From IMG/VR virus record IMGVR_UViG_3300025141_000092, positions 1 to 61,199 of that record: a stretch of DNA of 61,199 bases. The stretch is one strand, 5' to 3'. Numbering within the stretch: the first letter of the stretch is position 1; every line of letters starts with the position of its first letter. The translations under genes and the position numbers were made by a program. Below are positions 8,026-18,054 of the stretch, in pieces. Source of the stretch: a virus. Taxonomy: Duplodnaviria; Caudoviricetes. Under the pieces are notes generated by a model that saw nothing but the letters and a program-made list of their open reading frames with translations, made no database searches and had not been told where the DNA came from.

Positions 8026-11000
8026 TTACTTAGTTCGTTCCTTTTTAGCCTCATTAGCGTTAGGTTTAGGCACCTGTTCTGTCTTAGTAAAGCCTCCCAT
8101 AGTAGATGACCATGGATCCGAAGTTGTAGGAGGAATGACGTATTGCCCAGTCAGAGTAGCCTTAATAGGGAAATATATGTCGGCAGGAGCCCCCTCTATT
8201 CTACTCTTAATTTTCGTTTTCTTTGTAAAAGATATACCATCATTTCTAGTGGGACTAGCAATCCGAACATTCATTAAAAGACCATCCCGCATTCGAGGCA
8301 TTAAGTATTTTGAATTTTCTAAGAATACAAATTTATTAAACTCAGTCTGTGTCATTCTAGAGAATAAATCAAAGGTTGTAATCTCAGGTACATTCTTTCT
8401 TACTTCGTATAGCTTATAATTGGTTACTAATTCACTTATAATATTATACGCTAAACGTAAAGAAGTCCCTTTTCGAGCAGGCTGTTTTGTAATTTTAGGA
8501 CCTATCTTTCCTGAAGCCTCATAACCCTCTTTAAATAATTTATTAGTGGTGTAGTTAATTTTAACTTCCCGTGCTTGAGAATCATACTTTCCTAAAATAT
8601 TAGTCTTAGTGGGGGCTATATCATAGGTAATAAAATCATGGCTCATCGCTTTTCCTGGCTTGGGATTTAGGGAGGGGGAGTAAGTTAGCTCCCGTGACAC
8701 TACCCCGTCATCTGTGAAGGAAGTAATTGAAGATTTAGTATTCGATAACATAAACTTTTGCCTATTAGTGGGGAAGATAATAATGTAATACGGAATTTGT
8801 CTAGTTAATAAAGGAATATTCTTAGCCTTTTTTGCTCCCTCCACAATAATATCATGCTGCTTCATCACTAACTGCTGAGTAGCGATAATATGATCTAGCA
8901 TTACATCATCGTAACTCATGTAGAAAACTTTATGATTTATTTTATGCTTGACCCAATCATTTATCTCTCTCAAGGAGTCCGTGCTACTAGTTCCTAATAA
9001 ACTATAAACTGCGCTACTTTCAATAACATGCTTAAACGAAGTGTGAGTACTCTCAATAGCACTAGGCACAAGCTTTAAGATGTAAGCATTATTTCTAGGA
9101 TCTTCTCCACTTAAATTCAAGGAGTGGGTGAACTCTACGGCACTAGTTGATTCCGTATGCAGAGTTCTATAAGTATTTCCTCCTAACAGATGAAGAGCTT
9201 GTTCTTTCGCTCCTCTAGGAATAATAAAGGCGTGACCCCTTTCCGAACAAAGCTTAAGCTTCCTTTCAGCCCCCTTAATACGGACGTTAATATAGTCACC
9301 GTCCTGGATTTCAAAATTTCTCCCTGCTACCTTTACTATATCTCCATCATCTATAGGGAAACAATAATCTCCTTTAGTTTCCTCCACTGTTTGAACTTTA
9401 TTTTTACAGTAGATAGGATTCATTATAGTCTGGGGTTTATTAATCTTAATAGGAAGCCCTTTATCCAAATCAGTTGGTAGAGTTTTCCATAACTCCATCA
9501 TATTCCTATCCCTTCCTGCTTCATTTTTAGCAGGATCTAAGGGGATCATCGCGTTCTCAATAAGACCTAAGGCTACTGTCTCATTTAAGATTTTATCATT
9601 GGAGGGAACAATTGTGACTGCTTTTATTTTACTATTCTCTCTTACTAAATTTCTAAAGGCTAACATATCAAATTTGCCAATAGTACCGTCTAAAATTCTA
9701 GCCATAACCATCTTTAACATACTCGAAAGAGGTATAGGAGTTCCTCCCACACTCCTCAACCTACCTAGTCGTTGAAGAAATTGAAGGTTTAAGCTTTTTT
9801 CTAAGATATTAGCGGTTACAGCCTTACCTAAATTAGAATCCCAGTCTTTATAGGTATTATTTACTTTTAATAAATCATAAAGAGGCTCAAAGATTCGTCG
9901 CCTAAAGATCTTAGTATTTCCACTCTGAACTTTAGAAGTTCTACTTACATCAGGAGAGATAAGAGTAATTGCAGTATTTCTATCTGTGCTTGCTGTAGGT
10001 CTTTTTTTAGTTCCATACTGCGCTAAGCTTGCATCATTTAAATCAAGAGTTCTCCTTTTGTGGGTTCCCTTTCTACTAATAAAGTGGTCTTTTAAATTTA
10101 ATTGAGGGTCAACTCCTGGGCGATTACGAATGCCCTCGCCTGCTATTGTAGGTAAATTAGTTGGACCATAAACAATTGTCCCTGAATGAAGTTTTCCTGT
10201 ATCTTCAAGGGTTGCCTCAGGACGATCACCTCTATCTTCGCGCCCACTACAAAGAGGATCCCGCTTACATTGCGCTTCTGATTTATGCATATTACGGTCC
10301 GCCTGAAATTCCCACTCTGGGAGTCCACCAGGGATCTCGTGGCATCTCGGTTCAGTCTCTGTGCTAAGTTGAGGAATTCCACAGTACCAGGCGTCGAACA
10401 GTTCCTCATGCTCCTCTCCTACACCACAGGCTTCCTTACATTCGTCCTCAGAGTCGTGCCTGACCTCCCACTCCCTAAAATCGTATATAGGAAATTCTTT
10501 ACAGCACGGGACCTCCACAGTGTTCGTCTGGCCTGCAATCGGCTCCTCACAGGTAACACATTTCCATTTCATCGGAATATGGTCAGGAGCACCTGGGCCT
10601 CCTGGGCCTCCCGAGTTTGGACCACCATCATCACCACCACCCCCAGGTTGATTAGGGTGAGAAAACCCACCGAATCCAGTAGAACCTGTACATCTAATGG
10701 TAGTAGCACTAGCGTCAGGACAGCAGGGCCTCCAGAAAGTATCTTTACAGCAAGTGGTGATATCGGCCCAGTCGTAGCCGCAACCTCCCTCGGAATCAGT
10801 GTCTACAACCGAGCAATTAGGATCCTGTTCGCATTCTTCAACATCGTCAGTATAATCACTGTCAAAATTCTCATTCGTCCAGCACGTACCCTGTCCTGGG
10901 CACGGCTCGTATTGTGTCCAGCCATCATCTTCTAAATCTTCTTTATCTTCTTCTGACGTTCCTGGAGGCAAGTATTTTCTGTGAATAAACTTACATTCTT

Positions 11001-14000
11001 GTTTCCAGGATTTTGTAGTTACAAGACAATGATTTCCATTATCATCTATATAAGACCCCGTTGCTACTAAAGTAGAGTCTCCTTTAACCTTACATTTACA
11101 TTCAGTGTCTTCAGGACCACCCCCTGGCCCTGGCCCTCCAGGCCCTCCTGGTCGAGGAGGTGCAGGAGCGACATCCCCAACCTTGCATCCCGCTTCGCAA
11201 GCAGCTAAAGCTGCAGCTTGTGTGTTTCCTTTATACTCTCCGCTGTTCCCAGGCGTTTGCACACACTGCCACTCATAGGTGGTTTGACCTCCCCCCACTT
11301 CTCCTAGGCCACCGTCTTCCGATAAAGTGGGTTCACACCTATAAGAATACAACGGAGGGGGATCTGTCGTCGGCGGCGATGGAGGAACCTCGCCCCCTGT
11401 TGTGGGGGGATCTGCATCTAATGTATATCTCCACTTTATACATCTTTCATCACAGCAATGAATTCCTGTGCAACACCCTACCTTCGCAGCAGATTGTGCC
11501 GCACAAGCTCCCCCAGGTGCCTCAACGCTCGTTTGACCCTCCCCCGTATAATTATCCTCCCCATACGGGTTTGTCCACCCGTCAGGACCATCCTCCAGAG
11601 AGCCCATTTCGTCATTCCAGGAGTCGGAATTAACGTCATTATCTGGATCCGAGCTTGGTCCAGTATAAATACATCTCTGCTGCCAACATTTTTCAACTTC
11701 AATTGTTTTAGGAAATCCTGATTCTGAAATAACTTCCCCAAGAATAACTACATCATCAGGGAAAGATACCTCAATGGTTGGTCCTCCTCTAATTCGACAA
11801 TTACAGAACCCCTCATTAGGAGTATTAGCACTTCCACCACCTCCACCACCTCCAGGAGGAGGAGTGTCAGGTTGAGGTCCCTGAATATCGGGAACACAAA
11901 TCGCTCGACATTGGTTCGCAGTGGGGTAAGCTCCTAACGTATTCGGGGGTGCAGGGAAACACGACCAGAGCCCAGCCGCATAAGCGCACGCCCACCAAGG
12001 ATCTACAGAAGGCGGCCCTGGGTCTCCAGTGGTTGGACCAGGGGGCTCTGGCTCGCGTACACATTCTAAATGGCAATCCGCTGCTTTATCATAACTACCA
12101 GGAGGAGGAGGTTGCTCCGTAGGTAATGTTACCTTTTGGCATTCTTCATTAATAGGCAACCCACAAGTCCACCAATCAGTATACCCCGTTAAAGTCCCTC
12201 CTCCCGTAGTGGGAGGCGTAGGAGAAGTTGGAAAAGTTGGTGCAGTTGGTGCAGTACGACTACCAGGTGTGAATACCGCATCAGGCAAACATATTTTCAT
12301 GCAATCTTCGTAGTTTGCACCATCTGCCATTACAGAAGGTATATTTTGATCATAAGCGCAACCTAAGGCTATGTTTTGAGAATTCCTCATACAAACATAA
12401 CCGCCGAAACTGTGTGTTCCTCCTCCTCCCCCTCCTGGAGTAGTGGGACCAGTAGCTACTATGCATTGTCCATCACAAGCAGCTTTGCTTCTCCATACGG
12501 TAGGATCAGTAGGCTCAGCCAACACACTCCACACACACTGAGTTCCAGGAAAGGGACATACGTATCCACCTAATTCCCAAGTCGGTCCCGTTGGCCTAGG
12601 AGAAGTGGGAAAAGTTGGTGTTGTAGGATCTGTAGGTACTGTGAACGGTCCTCCTCCTGGAGTAGTTCTTGGCCTGCCCCCAGGATCCCAATCATTACTA
12701 CATATCTTCTCACAAGCTTTTCGTGATGGTTGACCTGGGTAAGGGCCTCCAGTGTCTGCATATGATTTACGAACACATTCCCTTCGAACTCCTAAATAAG
12801 GTACAGATCCTACCTCCTCACATTTCCATCTCACTACTGAATCAGGGGTAACAGGACCAGTTGGGAGAGGTCGAGTACCAGGGGGAGTGGGAGGGGTGGG
12901 AGGGAGCGTAGGAGGGCGAGGGCTTATTGGCCCAGGGTCAAGATCACTATCACACTGAGCCTCACATTCACTCTTCTTCTCGTGCCCAGGAAGATTAAAA
13001 CCATCAACATACCACCTACGAATACATCTGCGCTGAACTCCTAAGTAAGCTACAGTTCCAATCGCCTCACACACCCAACGAGAAACGGTCACTTTCCCTG
13101 GAGTATCGGGTCCAGGCAGGGTAGGCTTGCCTGGGCCAGGAGTTGTGGGAACTGTCCTCGGTCTTGTAGGATCGGGATCGGGATCTTCTCCACCTGTAGT
13201 GGGAACTGTCTTCGGCTTTGTGGGCATCGGAGGCGAAGGGGGGGTGGGGCTTGTAGGTACCGTCCCTATTCCTGGATCATCAGGTCCAAAGCAATCTTGT
13301 TCACATAATTCTCTTGAAGGATAGCCTTGATTAGGATCACCCAAATAAGATTCACAGCGCCGATTTACGCCTCCTAAAGGTGTTCGTCCTCCAGTGACGG
13401 GTCCTCCCTGCACACATCGCCAGCGTTCCGAAAAATTACCTCCTCCTGGGTCTGTATCAGGTCTTCCTTTGTCGCCTCGCGGACCACAGTTTGTTTGACA
13501 CACACCTAATTCAGCCCAAGATGTAACGCCATCAGCCTCCAAGTTACTTACAAAATAACAGTTCCAATAAGGATCCATTCGACATTTATAAGCTCCTGGA
13601 CCTTGTGTAGTAGGTCTTCTTACCCCAGGAGTAGGAGTGGTAGGAGGAGGTTTGCAAGCTTCTTCGCACTCTCTCGGAGTTGCCCAAATCTCAGGTTCAT
13701 TAGGGTCTCCATCAGGAGAATGAAAACAATACCAGTAAGGTGCCCTCCTGCACTTATACCCTCCGTCGCCTCCACCCGTGGTAGGGCCTGGAACTTTAGT
13801 GGCTGGTCTTGTGCCAGGGCCAGTAGGTGTTGTACGAGGAGGTCGAGAAGGTCTCGTAGGCCCATCATTTCTACACAACCTCCTGCACTTCTCTGGGGTA
13901 TCATGCCCGTCATCTCCGTGAGCAAGTTTGCGTACACAGTGTCTTGTGGGGGTTACCTCAGCCCCTCCTACTCCTCCCGTTGTTATAGGTCCAGTATGCA

Positions 14001-15531
14001 CATCTTCGCAATACCACTTATATAGACTCTCCTCCGTGCCTGGGCCTCCTCTCGGGCGTGTAGGATCTCCGTCATCTCTGCATTCTTTCTGGCACTCCTC
14101 TACACTTCTATATCGTTTTTGTCCTGGACCAGCAGGAAGGTTTGTATAAACACAATCCCTCGTAGTGCCTGCTGTGGGCTCCATTCCTCCTGCCGTTGTA
14201 GGTCCTGATTCCTCACAAACATATGCCCCACTTTCAGGAACAATAGGCCCACCAGTCTCACAACTCTTTTTACATTCAGCTTGAGAATTATACTTACGAT
14301 CATTAGGGCCAAAAGCAGATTCAGGTAAGAGAATACACTCCCGTAGTTGATTCGCAGCAGGGGCAGGCCCTCCCCCTCCCGTAATGGGACCTCCAGACTC
14401 ATTTTCTACACATTTCCAATACGAATTAGGTGATACAGGTTTAGGTCGCCCAACATCTCTATAGCAAACACGCTCACATGCCTGCCTAGAGGGATATCGT
14501 ACCTCATTAGGGCCAAAAAAGGTACTGTATATACATCCCATCACCCCTTGGGAGTCTACACATCGCCAACCATCGGTAGGTCCAGGAGTTGTAGGTGGAC
14601 GCCGACCTCCATCCTGGTCCATATAGCAAACACGCTCACATGCCTGCTTAGAGGGGTACTGTATCCCAGCAGGGTTTGTAGTGTACATACATCCCATCAC
14701 CCCTTGGGTGTTTACACATCGCCAACCATCAGTAAGTCCAGGAGTTGTAGGTGGACGCCTAGTCCCTCTAAAGCAAACAGCCTCACATGCCTGCCTAGAG
14801 GGATATCGTACCTCATTAGGGCCAAAAAAAGTACTATATATACATCCCATATGCCCTTGGGTGTCTACACATCGCCAACCATCGGTAGGTCCAGGAGTGG
14901 TGGGGAATGTTCGAGGTCTTGTGGGAGGGGTTCCGCTGGGGTCTATTCCACCGTCTGGTACAGTGGGTCTGTCCCGTGGAATACAAACATGAATAGGAGG
15001 ACAGCACGGCTCATCATCTGGATTCCGAGTGTCCTCACAACATGCTGGAGCAATTCCTGTACATGCTCCTCCTGCCTTTCCGCTAACCCCTCCTCCACTA
15101 TTAGCTGCATCCGCTGCCGCTTGTTCAAAACCCCCAGAATGATCAGGTGCGCCCTGCTCAGGAAAACATTTCTGTTCAAAAGTGAGACAAGTCTGACCTA
15201 CATCTCCCCCAGGAGGTTCAGGGATTCCTCCTCCTCCTCCCGTAGTGGGGCCTCCACCACCGCTACTTCCACCTTGACCGTCCCCCCCTGTTGGTGTTCC
15301 GTCTCCGACTACTCTACAAACACACCCAGGAAGCTTATCTCCAGGTCTTGTCTCTGGCGTAGTAGGTGGGGAAGGAAGGGTAGGTCTTTCTCCATCAATA
15401 CCATCGGGATCAACAACAGTAGGAAGCGTAGGCTCCTCAGGACCGCAATCAGGGCAACCCCTGTTGATGGATCCAGGCCCGTGCCCTCCTGCGAATTCAC
15501 CGCATTGAAAACTAATAACCTCTTGGGGCAT
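8026..15531 (-). CDS. Giant Cys/Pro/Gly/Thr-rich repeat protein (2501 aa), probable virion fibre/adhesin
   Basis: About 18 [WY]xC...C...CxxxC modules in PT-rich linkers plus a ~700-aa non-repetitive C-terminal domain; last gene of the baseplate/fibre run. Confidence 0.8.
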   Translation of the reverse strand: MPQEVISFQCGEFAGGHGPGSINRGCPDCGPEEPTLPTVVDPDGIDGERPTLPSPPTTPETRPGDKLPGCVCRVVGDGTPTGGDGQGGSSGGGGPTTGGGGGIPEPPGGDVGQTCLTFEQKCFPEQGAPDHSGGFEQAAADAANSGGGVSGKAGGACTGIAPACCEDTRNPDDEPCCPPIHVCIPRDRPTVPDGGIDPSGTPPTRPRTFPTTPGPTDGWRCVDTQGHMGCIYSTFFGPNEVRYPSRQACEAVCFRGTRRPPTTPGLTDGWRCVNTQGVMGCMYTTNPAGIQYPSKQACERVCYMDQDGGRRPPTTPGPTDGWRCVDSQGVMGCIYSTFFGPNEVRYPSRQACERVCYRDVGRPKPVSPNSYWKCVENESGGPITGGGGPAPAANQLRECILLPESAFGPNDRKYNSQAECKKSCETGGPIVPESGAYVCEESGPTTAGGMEPTAGTTRDCVYTNLPAGPGQKRYRSVEECQKECRDDGDPTRPRGGPGTEESLYKWYCEDVHTGPITTGGVGGAEVTPTRHCVRKLAHGDDGHDTPEKCRRLCRNDGPTRPSRPPRTTPTGPGTRPATKVPGPTTGGGDGGYKCRRAPYWYCFHSPDGDPNEPEIWATPRECEEACKPPPTTPTPGVRRPTTQGPGAYKCRMDPYWNCYFVSNLEADGVTSWAELGVCQTNCGPRGDKGRPDTDPGGGNFSERWRCVQGGPVTGGRTPLGGVNRRCESYLGDPNQGYPSRELCEQDCFGPDDPGIGTVPTSPTPPSPPMPTKPKTVPTTGGEDPDPDPTRPRTVPTTPGPGKPTLPGPDTPGKVTVSRWVCEAIGTVAYLGVQRRCIRRWYVDGFNLPGHEKKSECEAQCDSDLDPGPISPRPPTLPPTPPTPPGTRPLPTGPVTPDSVVRWKCEEVGSVPYLGVRRECVRKSYADTGGPYPGQPSRKACEKICSNDWDPGGRPRTTPGGGPFTVPTDPTTPTFPTSPRPTGPTWELGGYVCPFPGTQCVWSVLAEPTDPTVWRSKAACDGQCIVATGPTTPGGGGGGTHSFGGYVCMRNSQNIALGCAYDQNIPSVMADGANYEDCMKICLPDAVFTPGSRTAPTAPTFPTSPTPPTTGGGTLTGYTDWWTCGLPINEECQKVTLPTEQPPPPGSYDKAADCHLECVREPEPPGPTTGDPGPPSVDPWWACAYAAGLWSCFPAPPNTLGAYPTANQCRAICVPDIQGPQPDTPPPGGGGGGGSANTPNEGFCNCRIRGGPTIEVSFPDDVVILGEVISESGFPKTIEVEKCWQQRCIYTGPSSDPDNDVNSDSWNDEMGSLEDGPDGWTNPYGEDNYTGEGQTSVEAPGGACAAQSAAKVGCCTGIHCCDERCIKWRYTLDADPPTTGGEVPPSPPTTDPPPLYSYRCEPTLSEDGGLGEVGGGQTTYEWQCVQTPGNSGEYKGNTQAAALAACEAGCKVGDVAPAPPRPGGPGGPGPGGGPEDTECKCKVKGDSTLVATGSYIDDNGNHCLVTTKSWKQECKFIHRKYLPPGTSEEDKEDLEDDGWTQYEPCPGQGTCWTNENFDSDYTDDVEECEQDPNCSVVDTDSEGGCGYDWADITTCCKDTFWRPCCPDASATTIRCTGSTGFGGFSHPNQPGGGGDDGGPNSGGPGGPGAPDHIPMKWKCVTCEEPIAGQTNTVEVPCCKEFPIYDFREWEVRHDSEDECKEACGVGEEHEELFDAWYCGIPQLSTETEPRCHEIPGGLPEWEFQADRNMHKSEAQCKRDPLCSGREDRGDRPEATLEDTGKLHSGTIVYGPTNLPTIAGEGIRNRPGVDPQLNLKDHFISRKGTHKRRTLDLNDASLAQYGTKKRPTASTDRNTAITLISPDVSRTSKVQSGNTKIFRRRIFEPLYDLLKVNNTYKDWDSNLGKAVTANILEKSLNLQFLQRLGRLRSVGGTPIPLSSMLKMVMARILDGTIGKFDMLAFRNLVRENSKIKAVTIVPSNDKILNETVALGLIENAMIPLDPAKNEAGRDRNMMELWKTLPTDLDKGLPIKINKPQTIMNPIYCKNKVQTVEETKGDYCFPIDDGDIVKVAGRNFEIQDGDYINVRIKGAERKLKLCSERGHAFIIPRGAKEQALHLLGGNTYRTLHTESTSAVEFTHSLNLSGEDPRNNAYILKLVPSAIESTHTSFKHVIESSAVYSLLGTSSTDSLREINDWVKHKINHKVFYMSYDDVMLDHIIATQQLVMKQHDIIVEGAKKAKNIPLLTRQIPYYIIIFPTNRQKFMLSNTKSSITSFTDDGVVSRELTYSPSLNPKPGKAMSHDFITYDIAPTKTNILGKYDSQAREVKINYTTNKLFKEGYEASGKIGPKITKQPARKGTSLRLAYNIISELVTNYKLYEVRKNVPEITTFDLFSRMTQTEFNKFVFLENSKYLMPRMRDGLLMNVRIASPTRNDGISFTKKTKIKSRIEGAPADIYFPIKATLTGQYVIPPTTSDPWSSTMGGFTKTEQVPKPNANEAKKERTK
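14461..14905. repeat. Three near-identical ~135-145 bp intragenic tandem repeats
   Basis: Copies at about 14461-14603, 14623-14759 and 14771-14905 share AGCAAACA...CTCACATGCCTGC...CACATCGCCAACCATC...GTCCAGGAGT. Confidence 0.9.
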
Positions 15532-15537
15532 TTAAAT

Positions 15538-18054
15538 TTAGGTTTGCGGCTTGAGAGTGATGGTGGGGTTGGTAGTATTTAAGTTTCCGTATAGATACTG
15601 AGAGTCTGAGGTAGGAATTCCTATCATTTTCCAAGTAACTGTGGGGTATGTACATTTACCTACCCTAGGGTTGCCAGTGTACCCTAAGCCATTTAATTCA
15701 CTAATAGGAGTAGTATTAGATTTCAATAAATCCTCAACAGGAACAATAAAGCTACTAAACCTGCCTCCACCTCGCTCAGATACCGATAAAGTTTGAGTCG
15801 TTTTCTTTTTCTTACCTGTTGTGGTGAAGGATAAGGAGTGAGGTGAGGGGAACCGAGGAACGTTAGGTCCTTGATAAACATCATTTGCGGCAAATGCAAC
15901 ATATACAACAAACTCATCATACCCCTTTTCTACCCAAATACCTGCGTACTGAGAAGGCATAGGATTGTTATCATCTCTAGAGAATCCTCTTTGTGTCTGA
16001 GGAAGACAATTAGCTAATTCAACATCAATCATGTAATCGGCTAACCATGCAGCAGCTTCCCGATTAAATCTAACACGTTTAGAAATGTAATGGAAGTTAA
16101 CTCTACTATACGCCTCACCTGTCTCTGAGTTATCAAAACTCGATAATCTACTGGGAGGGTTAATAGAATCAGGACCTGTCCCGTTCGCATTAGTAATCTG
16201 ACTATAGCTTCCTGCAACAATAGATCCATCACCTGCACCCGCATCTTCAGTAGTGCCTAGGAAAGTATTAATATAATCGTTAGGATATAATCCTTTATCG
16301 CTAAGATCTTGTAACTGGCACCACTGCGCTTGATCCCAATCAGGATAAGCGGGAATACTAATTTGCGCTCCGTTACTTCCTATTCCATATTTACTAGTGA
16401 TATACTGTCGAATATACTGTAAGCTATCGTTGGATGTAACATCATCCCCCGCAAACTGTGATTGATAGAAATCATAAAGCGCTCCTTCAGGGCCAAAGTT
16501 CCATCCTCCAAAGATGTATCCTGCCGCAACAACACTTACATTATCTGGCTGGTTTTCTTCGTCCGCAATAAACCCATTCACATGATTCACTACCTTCCTC
16601 AGTTCCATATCCAACTGTGCTTTACCTACTGCTGGGTTAGCAATAGACAACTGAGGCATGGCTGCTGCGATACCTGCTCGTTCATTGTAAGTAAGCTCTG
16701 CAGTGCGGAAGAAAGGTCGAATATCTACAACATCCTGTGCTCCAATAATTTGGGCTCCCTCTAAATCGCGTCCACCTGCTCTTTGAACAAAGACATAAGC
16801 AACAGGAAGGATGGACTGTCCGATTAGCTCTATCGCATTTGCTTCTAAGTTTTCTGCGATAAGAGGTGCTAAGTTAAGGAGATCGTCAGGAGATGGGAAG
16901 GACCCTCGAACATCCTGCCCAAGCTCATTCCCAGACGTAGCTAAGAAGCCTAGGTTTGCAGCATTATTATCAGCCGCATGAGCCATAATCATTGAGTTAC
17001 CAAACTCGTCTATCGCTGACTGTGGAGTATATGTTGATGCTAGATCTGTTAATCCTTGGTAAGAAGGTCCAATACCTGCACCTCGAACTACTCCAAGAAC
17101 GGGGGTAGTAATGTCCTGCACAGCCCCGCCTCGTAAAATCTTTGCGCTTTCAGCATCAATAGGCTTAGTATATAAGAAAATTAAATCAATCCGACTCTCA
17201 ACCCCAGGAATTATTTGTCTAGCTCCCTGCTCGTCAATGTAATAAAAATCGTTATCACTAAATGCTGGGATTTCAACAGATAGTTCATTAGGAACGTCAA
17301 CTACTGCGAGCCTGCTAACCCCTCTCCATTTTTTAACGAACGTAGTTTCAGCTAAAGGAAGCTTTCCGAACCCAGTAATTTCGTTGGTAGTAGAATAACT
17401 AGGAATTAAAAAACTATCAACAGTGTTGCCATAACTCTTAGCCCAAAGAAGAGCTTGTGTAATTACAAAAGGACCAAAGCCTCCTGCTCCCGTAGTACCT
17501 GTATATGCTTTCCTATCCCCTGTTGTTCCTGCTGCGTCCGTTGCAGAATCACTACTCCGAACAGCCCAAGTAAAAGCTCTTTCAGCCAAACCATTCATGT
17601 TAAGCGCATCTGCTGCAAGGGTCGATTGGAAACGAGCAAGAGCCGTAATTAATAAGTTGTTATAGGAAGTTCCAAAGGTCCCAGGGTTATTGGTAGCTGC
17701 ACTCCACGCATCTACATCCCCTACCGCAGTCCCCATTACCTGTTGTAAGTATTGAAGAGGTTGTTTAGTAGTTGCATCATTTACTCTAGCCGTAAATCTT
17801 CCAGGCTTCACCCTAACAAGGCGATCTCCTCCTGTCGAATAAGGTTTTAACTCTGCAATATCTTGTCTTTTAATATCTTGAACAGCGTTTTCTGTTAGAG
17901 ATTGTTGTAACTGATCTCTAAGCCATAAGCAGTTTTCCTGTAGCTGCTTAATGGGGATGTTATCCACCTCGAAATAATAAGGATCATTTTGTTTAAATAA
18001 TCTAATAGGTTCCGTGAACCGAAATGAGCTTTCTGTATATCTAATTTGTGCCAT
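15538..18054 (-). CDS. Putative baseplate/tail-fibre protein
   Basis: 838 aa in the tail block; N-terminal DNIPIKQLQE motif shared with the adjacent spike protein. Confidence 0.6.
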   Translation of the reverse strand: MAQIRYTESSFRFTEPIRLFKQNDPYYFEVDNIPIKQLQENCLWLRDQLQQSLTENAVQDIKRQDIAELKPYSTGGDRLVRVKPGRFTARVNDATTKQPLQYLQQVMGTAVGDVDAWSAATNNPGTFGTSYNNLLITALARFQSTLAADALNMNGLAERAFTWAVRSSDSATDAAGTTGDRKAYTGTTGAGGFGPFVITQALLWAKSYGNTVDSFLIPSYSTTNEITGFGKLPLAETTFVKKWRGVSRLAVVDVPNELSVEIPAFSDNDFYYIDEQGARQIIPGVESRIDLIFLYTKPIDAESAKILRGGAVQDITTPVLGVVRGAGIGPSYQGLTDLASTYTPQSAIDEFGNSMIMAHAADNNAANLGFLATSGNELGQDVRGSFPSPDDLLNLAPLIAENLEANAIELIGQSILPVAYVFVQRAGGRDLEGAQIIGAQDVVDIRPFFRTAELTYNERAGIAAAMPQLSIANPAVGKAQLDMELRKVVNHVNGFIADEENQPDNVSVVAAGYIFGGWNFGPEGALYDFYQSQFAGDDVTSNDSLQYIRQYITSKYGIGSNGAQISIPAYPDWDQAQWCQLQDLSDKGLYPNDYINTFLGTTEDAGAGDGSIVAGSYSQITNANGTGPDSINPPSRLSSFDNSETGEAYSRVNFHYISKRVRFNREAAAWLADYMIDVELANCLPQTQRGFSRDDNNPMPSQYAGIWVEKGYDEFVVYVAFAANDVYQGPNVPRFPSPHSLSFTTTGKKKKTTQTLSVSERGGGRFSSFIVPVEDLLKSNTTPISELNGLGYTGNPRVGKCTYPTVTWKMIGIPTSDSQYLYGNLNTTNPTITLKPQT

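Noticed and set aside
14461-14905. Diversity-generating retroelement TR/VR pair or CRISPR array
   Set aside because: Differences between copies are not adenine-specific, no reverse transcriptase is in the window, and the units are in-frame coding repeats without a repeat-spacer pattern
14548-15582. 344-aa plus-strand ORF
   Set aside because: Antisense shadow of the Pro/Gly-rich giant gene
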